Positions 52,550 through 59,049 of a DNA stretch of 64,000 nt are shown in pieces. The position numbers were made by a program, and so were the translations under genes. Origin of the DNA: Patescibacteria group bacterium (GTDB lineage: Bacteria > Patescibacteriota > WWE3 > UBA101185 > UBA10185); the NCBI GenBank assembly GCA_041658075.1, contig JBBAAW010000001.1, positions 24,778 through 88,777 on the forward strand, written 5' to 3'. Each line of letters begins with the position of its first letter. Positions within the stretch are counted from its first letter, which is position 1. A model generated the notes under the pieces. It was not told where the DNA came from and searched no databases. It was given only the letters and a program-made list of their open reading frames with translations.

Positions 52550-53527
52550 ATGAACGAAGAACTGAACGCTAAAAAAATTTCAATTGTTATTCCTTGTTAC
52601 AACGAGGAAAAAAATATAAATCGTACTTTGGATGGGCTTTTAGCTCTGGTTAAGAACGACTCAATTTTGTCAAAATATAATAGCCAGATTATTGCAGTAG
52701 ACGACGGTAGCAAAGATGGCACTTGGAAAATAATCAGCAATTACGCCCAAAAAGAGTTAACAATAAAAGGCGTACGACTGATGGGAAATTTTGGACAGAG
52801 TTGTGGCTATCAAGCGGGTTTTGACGCCTCGGATGGAGACTTTGTTCTAACGGTTTCTGCGGATTTGGAAATTCCGCTTGAAAATTTGTCTAAAGTGGTG
52901 GAGCTTTTAGAACAAGGCTACGACTTTGTTAATACTAATCGAAAGAACCGTTGGGGCGGGGAGAAAAAAGCAAAAAGCGGCATGGCCAACAAGATTATCA
53001 GCAAAGTTTCAGGTGTTTCCATGCAGGATCGGGGTTCCGGAATGAAGGGTTTTGCCCGCGTTTTAGTGGACAATATAAAGTTTTATGGCGACATGCACAG
53101 ATTTATTCCGGATTACTTAACCGTTTACCATGCCAAAATGATTGAGTTTGATGTGGAGTTTAAAGATCGCGATTTTGGTGTTTCAGCCTACAAGGGTAGT
53201 AAACGAACTGTTCAGGTTTTGTTGGACATTATAACTCTGGCCTTTATGCTTAAATTTGCCAGAAAGCCTTTTAGCATGATGCCGGGAAGGCTTTTTGGGT
53301 TTACTGGGGCGATTATTTCAGGCTTTGGCGGTATGGGTATGTTGTATCTGTTTGTTTTAAAAATCTTAGGTCAGAGTATTAGTAACAGGCCTCTGCTTAT
53401 CGCTTCAGTTTTAATGTTAGTTGTAGGTGTTCAATTGGTTATGACTGGGTTATTAGGCGAACTCATGATGCGAGTATATTTTGAATCCTCAGGTCGTAAA
53501 ACCTACGCGGTTAGAGAAACTTGTTAG
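52550..53527 (+). CDS. GT2, ArnC/GtrB-like polyprenol-phosphate sugar transferase with C-terminal TMs
   Basis: IPCYNEE, NFGQ, YGDMHRFIP, GLLGEL; start moved to ATG 52550. Confidence 0.88.
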   Translation: MNEELNAKKISIVIPCYNEEKNINRTLDGLLALVKNDSILSKYNSQIIAVDDGSKDGTWKIISNYAQKELTIKGVRLMGNFGQSCGYQAGFDASDGDFVLTVSADLEIPLENLSKVVELLEQGYDFVNTNRKNRWGGEKKAKSGMANKIISKVSGVSMQDRGSGMKGFARVLVDNIKFYGDMHRFIPDYLTVYHAKMIEFDVEFKDRDFGVSAYKGSKRTVQVLLDIITLAFMLKFARKPFSMMPGRLFGFTGAIISGFGGMGMLYLFVLKILGQSISNRPLLIASVLMLVVGVQLVMTGLLGELMMRVYFESSGRKTYAVRETC

Positions 53528-53544
53528 TTTTTTCACATTGAAAT

Positions 53545-53596
53545 GAACTGGGGGCTGAGATTGTCAAACGTCTGTGTATGACGTATCTCAGTCCCC
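53545..53596 (-). terminator. Long imperfect hairpin 3' of peptide gene 1
   Basis: + strand GAACT-GGGGGCTGAGAT...ATCTCAGTCCCC. Confidence 0.6.
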
Positions 53597-53624
53597 GCCC
53601 GCCTGCGAGAGCGTCTAGCTGAAA

Positions 53625-53798
53625 CTAGTCGCCCCACCCTCCCTTGCACAGCGTGCCCCCGCAATGAACACCTCTGTTGCACCCATCGCAACCGCAATTG
53701 CAGGAGCCGTGCACTCCACTTAGGTGGGTGAAAGTGTGAACGACCGCTGTTGCGGTCGTTTTTCCGGAACGCACTCGACTTCGACTACGACGTCTCAT
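53625..53798 (-). CDS. 57-aa six-Cys peptide MRRRSRSRVRSGKTTATAVVHTFTHLSGVHGSCNCGCDGCNRGVHCGGTLCKGGWGD (not in ORF track)
   Basis: Translated by hand; AGGAGGT SD at 53805-53811; TGATATAAT at 53829-53837; Cys motif shared with the adjacent paralog. Confidence 0.8.
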   Translation of the reverse strand: MRRRSRSRVRSGKTTATAVVHTFTHLSGVHGSCNCGCDGCNRGVHCGGTLCKGGWGD

Positions 53799-53881
53799 TA
53801 CAGCACCTCCTGATAAGAGATTGTGCGAATTATATCATAAGAACAATTGGTACGATTAAAGAGTTGGTCAAATTTGAGGAG

Positions 53882-53939
53882 GAACTGGGGAGTGCGGGCT
53901 ATCAAATAAATGATCTTTTGACAGTAATCGCAGCTCCCC
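53882..53939 (-). terminator. Long imperfect hairpin 3' of peptide gene 2
   Basis: + strand GAACT-GGGGAGTGCG..TCAAA/TTTGA..CGCAGCTCCCC. Confidence 0.6.
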
Positions 53940-53958
53940 GTTGCCGACCTTTTATCAG

Positions 53959-54099
53959 TCACACCGCACACCCGTTGGTTGCGATTCCGCAGTGCGCTCC
54001 TATGTCACACCGGGTACACCCGCAGGAGCAGCCTCCCTTCAATGTGTGCAAAAGGCGATGGAGATGTTCCATCACGTGGGAAAACGTTAAGATATGCAC
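53959..54099 (-). CDS. 46-aa six-Cys peptide MHILTFSHVMEHLHRLLHTLKGGCSCGCTRCDIGAHCGIATNGCAV (GTG start; not in ORF track)
   Basis: Translated by hand; AGGAGGAG SD at 54104-54111; TGATATAAT at 54129-54137; shared Cys motif. Confidence 0.8.
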   Translation of the reverse strand: MHILTFSHVMEHLHRLLHTLKGGCSCGCTRCDIGAHCGIATNGCAV

Positions 54100-54193
54100 A
54101 GCACTCCTCCTGTTTAGAGATTACATGGATTATATCACAAAGATAGCTGGTAGAATTCACAGGAAGTGTACACTATAAACGTACGCTGTCAAA

Positions 54194-54211
54194 ATGGCGG
54201 AGGGTGTGGGA
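54194..54211 (-). repeat. 18-bp direct repeat of the tRNA-Ser 3' end (att-like)
   Basis: ATGGCGGAGGGTGTGGGA identical to 54830-54847. Confidence 0.85.
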
Positions 54212-54274
54212 CGTACTTGGAACTTTCTTTTCGGATTATAGTAAATACTGCACTGTTTTGCTAAAATAATTGAC

Positions 54275-54775
54275 ATGGTAGACCAAGAACAGTGTTGTAA
54301 GAACCTAATAAACAACTTGAATACGAATAACGCAGATTATAAGCTGTTTGAACATAGAGTGGCTTTAACATACGAAGATTTACAGGCAGTACAAAGAGAG
54401 GCGGGTTTTATAGGTGCTGAAGGTAAATGTATGGTTTTGAAATCTGAATTAGGTTTCATAGTTTATGTTACTTTGCAGGGTAAAAGAGTTGACTTGGAAA
54501 GAATAAAAAACACTCTTGGAGTTAAAAAAATTCGCTTAGCACTTCCTGAAGAATTAAAAGAATATTTTGGGGCAGAACCCGGGTGTGCATATCCTTTTGG
54601 ATTCTCTGAACAAGTAGATATTTATGTTGACCCTAACATCTACAAACAAGAGTGGTTTCTTTTCAGCCCTGTATACCCATCTAAAACAATTCAGGTAAAA
54701 GGTACTGATTTAGAAAAAGTTTTCTCATCTTTAAACAACAAAGTAACTATAGTCACAAATTTCAATCAAGCATAA
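54275..54775 (+). CDS. YbaK/ProX-family aminoacyl-tRNA deacylase-like protein
   Basis: KCMVLK, KIRLA..EL, GAEPGCAYPFG. Confidence 0.8.
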   Translation: MVDQEQCCKNLINNLNTNNADYKLFEHRVALTYEDLQAVQREAGFIGAEGKCMVLKSELGFIVYVTLQGKRVDLERIKNTLGVKKIRLALPEELKEYFGAEPGCAYPFGFSEQVDIYVDPNIYKQEWFLFSPVYPSKTIQVKGTDLEKVFSSLNNKVTIVTNFNQA

Positions 54776-54830
54776 AATTATCTTCACTTTGGAACTGATG
54801 CGCTTAATCTGGGTGTCTTGTTTTGATACA

Positions 54831-54920
54831 TGGCGGAGGGTGTGGGATTCGAACCCACGCGCAGCTTTGACACCGCGACGGTTTAGCAAACCGTTGCCGT
54901 AACCACTTGGCTAACCCTCC
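54831..54920 (-). tRNA. tRNA-Ser(GCT), long variable arm, encoded CCA
   Basis: GGAGGGT acceptor stem; ACGGT-TTGCTAA-ACCGT anticodon arm; GGTTCGAATCC T-arm; ends GCCA. Confidence 0.95.
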
Positions 54921-55037
54921 TCGTTTTGGTGGGGCTATTATTCCGAAGCTATTATACTATGAAATAACAGAGCATAGGTGGTCGCTTGCTCACCCATGGT
55001 ACGTGACGAACGTTGCGGCGGGAGATATACTCGTTTA

Positions 55038-56657
55038 ATGAAAAAGGTTAAGAAAGTTCTTAAGAAGATAGAACCCCAAAAAGCACCGCTAAATAATTTT
55101 AAAGACATTATTAATTTTTATCGACTCAATTGGACAATTCTTTTGCTCATCGTAGTAATTGCAACCATTGCTTATGCCAATAGTTTGGGTGGGCAGTTTG
55201 TTTCTGCTGACGACATATCATCCATAGTTCAAAATCAACGTTTGCGAGACTTTCCTAATGTTGTAAAGTCGCTAAACTTTACTTCTTCATATGCCTCCGC
55301 CTTGATTAACGTTTTTGGCGTAGTTCCGTTGCCATTTCATTTAACTGCTCTGTTAGTCCACATTCTAAACGCCTTTTTGGTTTTGCTTCTAACTTATATC
55401 TTATTTGGTAGAAGGCCTGCCTTATACGCGTCTCTAATATTTTCTGTGCTCCCAACCGGAAGCGAGGCCCTTTTTTGGATATCCGGCATGGTGTATATGT
55501 TTATCACCTTTTTTTCACTACTTTGTATTAACCTTTATTTCATTTACCGGTCGACAAAAAATTGGCGATTTCTCGCTCTGTCGGTTTTTATCTATTTAAT
55601 CGCGCTTATTCTTATGCAGACTCCGTGGATGTTAACGGTCCCATTCATTATTTTCTCTTTGGACCTTTTTACCGTTTCACCAATATTAAACTTATTAAAC
55701 TTGCGGAAAGCCGGAAATTTTATCCTTTTATTAAAAGATCGGTGGAGCTATGCTATTTATCTTTTGTGTCTGGCGGTTTTTTGGTTGGTTTGGATAGGCG
55801 GTCAATACTCAAAACGTGTAACCGGACTTGTTTTAGACTATTACAGTTCTTCCGATTCTACGCCCTTAATAAAGCGTTTGCCTTACACAATTTACAAGAC
55901 AGTAGAGTTATATATTTTTCCCAATCGGTTAAGTTTCTTTCATGAGGAAGATTTGACTACGGATATGTACGTTTACATGATCGCTGTGTCCGCACTATTA
56001 ATGTTCTTGATCGTGTATCTGATCTACAAAAAGTCAAAATATGCGGGTCTTGTTTTGGCAATAGCGGCCTCCGTTGCCCCTACATTCAGTCCCGTACAAG
56101 TGGCTTGGTTTGTTGCAGAACGCTATCTTTATCTTGGCTCCGCCCTTTTTGCCATGATTTTGTCGCTCATAATTATTAAAGTTGACTATAGGTATACTAT
56201 TAAGAATTTAGCTAATTACATTTTAGTAACGCTCCTTCTTTTGTATTCGGTGCGTTTGTTTATTAGAGCAGGTGACTTTAAATCCAGCAAAACCCTGTGG
56301 ACGGCCACGCAAAAAACCGCGCCTATTAGCTACCGTGTTTACAACAATCTAGGAGATGTTTACTCCAACGAACAAAATTGGGAAATGGCTATAGCAAGCT
56401 TTAAAACGGCCATACAAATCGCACCTAATTACTACGATGCTATTCATAATCTAGGTTATACTTATATGTTAATGGGCGACTACGAAAACGCCAAGAAATA
56501 TTTGCTGGAGTCGTATCAGATAAATAACAACCTTTATCAGGCTGTGGAAAAACTAGGTCAGATTGAGCTTAAGCAGGGGAACAAGGAAAAAGCAAAAGAG
56601 TATTTCAATAAAGCCTTGGAAATAAACCCAAACCTCACGGGACTGCCAAAGTTATAG
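55038..56657 (+). CDS. GT-C membrane protein with C-terminal TPRs (TMTC-like putative protein O-glycosyltransferase)
   Basis: FVSADD, FH..ALLVH..N, SEALFWISG, AERYLYL, TPRs (YNNLG, HNLG); start moved to ATG 55038. Confidence 0.8.
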   Translation: MKKVKKVLKKIEPQKAPLNNFKDIINFYRLNWTILLLIVVIATIAYANSLGGQFVSADDISSIVQNQRLRDFPNVVKSLNFTSSYASALINVFGVVPLPFHLTALLVHILNAFLVLLLTYILFGRRPALYASLIFSVLPTGSEALFWISGMVYMFITFFSLLCINLYFIYRSTKNWRFLALSVFIYLIALILMQTPWMLTVPFIIFSLDLFTVSPILNLLNLRKAGNFILLLKDRWSYAIYLLCLAVFWLVWIGGQYSKRVTGLVLDYYSSSDSTPLIKRLPYTIYKTVELYIFPNRLSFFHEEDLTTDMYVYMIAVSALLMFLIVYLIYKKSKYAGLVLAIAASVAPTFSPVQVAWFVAERYLYLGSALFAMILSLIIIKVDYRYTIKNLANYILVTLLLLYSVRLFIRAGDFKSSKTLWTATQKTAPISYRVYNNLGDVYSNEQNWEMAIASFKTAIQIAPNYYDAIHNLGYTYMLMGDYENAKKYLLESYQINNNLYQAVEKLGQIELKQGNKEKAKEYFNKALEINPNLTGLPKL

Positions 56658-56665
56658 AGGACTAT

Positions 56666-56752
56666 CTAACCCGTTACGCGCTTGCGCTTTTGGGTTCTTC
56701 GCCTTATGTCTTTTCTCTTTTGCGCATCGCGCTTCTTCTTTTTTAGTGCCAT
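56666..56752 (-). CDS. 28-aa very basic peptide MALKKKKRDAQKRKDIRRRTQKRKRVTG (not in ORF track)
   Basis: ATG..TAG ORF filling the gap directly downstream of 57136-56777; 15 of 28 residues are K/R. Confidence 0.6.
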   Translation of the reverse strand: MALKKKKRDAQKRKDIRRRTQKRKRVTG

Positions 56753-56776
56753 AATCTTTCCGTCATGACGCCCCCG

Positions 56777-57136
56777 TTAACTAACCAGCTTAACGGAAAA
56801 CTTCATTCTTTTTACATTTCCGTCGGCGTCAACTATCTCTAATGTACCGTTATCCTTATAATAGTCAACCAATTCCTGTGAGAGAATTTCACGGTTATCC
56901 TTAATCTCTTGCATCTTTTCTTTAATTTCCTCCTGATAACCTTTAATCACCGCCGTGCTCGTTATTTTATCCTTTTTTTCTTTTCGGCTCTTTTTAGTTT
57001 CTTCGTCCTCTTCCAACATTTTACTGTAATTGGGATCATCCATGAGCGCATCTTCTAAGTCGCCTTTAAGTTTGTTGATCTCGTGTATTAGGTCGTCCAA
57101 AATTTTAAGTCGCTTTTGAATTACACCGTTTTCCAT
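56777..57136 (-). CDS. Hypothetical coiled-coil protein
   Basis: Charged helical N-terminus, short beta-like C-terminus. Confidence 0.75.
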   Translation of the reverse strand: MENGVIQKRLKILDDLIHEINKLKGDLEDALMDDPNYSKMLEEDEETKKSRKEKKDKITSTAVIKGYQEEIKEKMQEIKDNREILSQELVDYYKDNGTLEIVDADGNVKRMKFSVKLVS

Positions 57137-57231
57137 GTTGACAGGCTACATTATTTGAACGACTTTGGCAAGGCTAGTTTCGTAGTATAATAACCTTCGT
57201 CATTACGGTCTTGTCATGACGAAAGGTCACG

Positions 57232-57307
57232 CGGGGTGTGGCGCAGTTGGTAGCGCGCCAGTATGGGGTACTGGAGGCCCGCGGTTCGAGCCCGCGCACC
57301 CCGACCA
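57232..57307 (+). tRNA. tRNA-Pro(GGG)
   Basis: CGGGGTG acceptor stem; CCAGT-ATGGGGT-ACTGG anticodon arm; GGTTCGAGCC; ends ACCA; 76 nt. Confidence 0.95.
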
Positions 57308-57322
57308 TTGTATAATTGAAAA

Positions 57323-58060
57323 GTGATAAGAAAACTTGCCGTATTTTTAATCGTATCAATAGTTTTAGCCGGCGGTTACTTGGTTCTCACTTACGCAAAT
57401 TTTTACAACAACATCGGAGAGAAAAACTTGCAAAGTCCATTTAATCAAAATATTTTTACGCTAGTGAATCCTCAAAAAGAAGGCATTGTTAAGTATGTAG
57501 CATTGGGTGACAGTCTAACAGCGGGAGTTGGTAGCGATGATATAAAGTTGACCCTTGTTTACCAAATGGCATTAAATCTTTCTAAACAGTTTGGCAGAGT
57601 AGATGTTGTTAATCTAGCTCAACCCGGGGCAACCAGTGAGGATCTTATTGTTGATCAGTTAGCCGTTGCCATCAATGAGAAACCCGATCATGTAACTTTG
57701 TTAATAGGGATAAACGACATTCATAATAAAGTTAGGGTGACGGATTATAAAAATCGTTTGTCTTATACCTTCGACGAGCTACTAACCAAAACAAGCGCAC
57801 AGATAATTTTAATCAACCTTCCATACCTTGGAGCTTCCGACGTTATACCCTTTCCGTTTAGCAATATATTGGACGCAAGAACCAAACAATTTAATAAAGT
57901 CATTGAGGAGCTTGGGCACAACGATCGGATTAAACTAATCGACCTGTATATACCGTCACGCCAGCCGTTTTCAGAAAATCTAAGTTACTACGCTTCCGAT
58001 CATTTTCATCCGTCCGGCGAGGGCTATATGTTTTGGGGAAAAGTAATTAATGCAGATTGA
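57323..58060 (+). CDS. SGNH/GDSL hydrolase-family protein with N-terminal anchor
   Basis: GDSLTAG, GIND, DHFHP. Confidence 0.92.
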   Translation: MIRKLAVFLIVSIVLAGGYLVLTYANFYNNIGEKNLQSPFNQNIFTLVNPQKEGIVKYVALGDSLTAGVGSDDIKLTLVYQMALNLSKQFGRVDVVNLAQPGATSEDLIVDQLAVAINEKPDHVTLLIGINDIHNKVRVTDYKNRLSYTFDELLTKTSAQIILINLPYLGASDVIPFPFSNILDARTKQFNKVIEELGHNDRIKLIDLYIPSRQPFSENLSYYASDHFHPSGEGYMFWGKVINAD

Positions 58061-59049
58061 ACTGTCATCCCAGACCATTTTCTTCATTGTGCTGTTATTA
58101 TTAGTGGTTGTTCTTACCATTAAAAAAAGTGTCAAAGGAGGCGGATTCAGCACGACTCTTACCAACGGGCTAAAGGGTGTAGCAATTCTCATGGTGATTT
58201 TTAGTCACGTTGGGTATTTTCTAACCTCAGACCACACTTTTTTATACCCACTTTCTGTGGCTGGCGGTATTGGGGTAAACGTTTTTCTTCTTCTTTCCGG
58301 TTTTGGTTTTACGACTTCTGCTTTAAAATCTAGCATAAGTCTTAAGGAATTTTACTTTAAACGACTTAAAAAGATTTTTATTCCTATGTGGGTAGTTTTG
58401 GGTCCGTTACTTATTTTGGACTTTCTTGTTTTAGGTCGACATTATGGATTCAAGACCGTTTTAGATAGTTTCTTGGGGTGGTTTCCCAGAGCAGATGTTT
58501 TTTTGGACATAGATTCGCCGCTTTGGTATTTTACCGCCATACTGTTTTATTACTTACTTTTTCCTTTGATATTCTCCAAACGGCAGCCGTTTTTATCAGC
58601 GATTTTGATGCTCCTTTTAGGTTGTATTTTAGTCGATTTAAAACTGCCTGTAGTTGTGGACGTGCTTAAACTTTACAAACTGCATTACATGGCTTTTCCT
58701 TTTGGAATGCTTTTAGCGATTTTGTTAAGACAGCGATTAACTATTCCGACAGTTGCTTCACGCCCGATATTATTAACCGTTAAGTTTGCTGATAGTATTT
58801 TTTCTTAAAAGTTATTACTCCCGTTTCTTGACTTTGTTGGGTGCTTATTCTTACGAAATATATCTAGTTCACTGGCCTTTAATAAGTCGCTACGACTTTT
58901 TATACAATCGGTTTCCTGCCTCACTAGCTACCTTTTTATATCTTGTCGTTCTATTGGTATTAGCGGTTACTCTAAAATTTCTAACCAGCCGACTTATTGG
59001 ATTATCTGTCTGTTCTGATAAAATACATGTCGATGGCAAATATTCTTAA
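58050..59049 (+). pseudogene. Acyltransferase-3 (OafA-like) split by a frameshift near 58777-58806
   Basis: N-terminal part has LKGVAILMVIFSH, GVNVFLLLSG, KRLKKI, LWY; the SYEIYLVH motif is in a different frame (58786-59049). Confidence 0.75.

Noticed and set aside
53880-53961. Selenocysteine or TGA readthrough (several cassettes end in TGA followed by a hairpin)
   Set aside because: The paralogous peptide ends in TAG at a comparable position, TGA is an ordinary stop throughout (which also rules out code 25), and no sel genes are seen
53750-54178. 142-aa plus-strand ORF in the track
   Set aside because: TTG start without an RBS; it is antisense to the two peptide cassettes and runs through their promoters and a hairpin, so it is a shadow ORF
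57174-57359. 61-aa minus-strand ORF
   Set aside because: Antisense translation of tRNA-Pro
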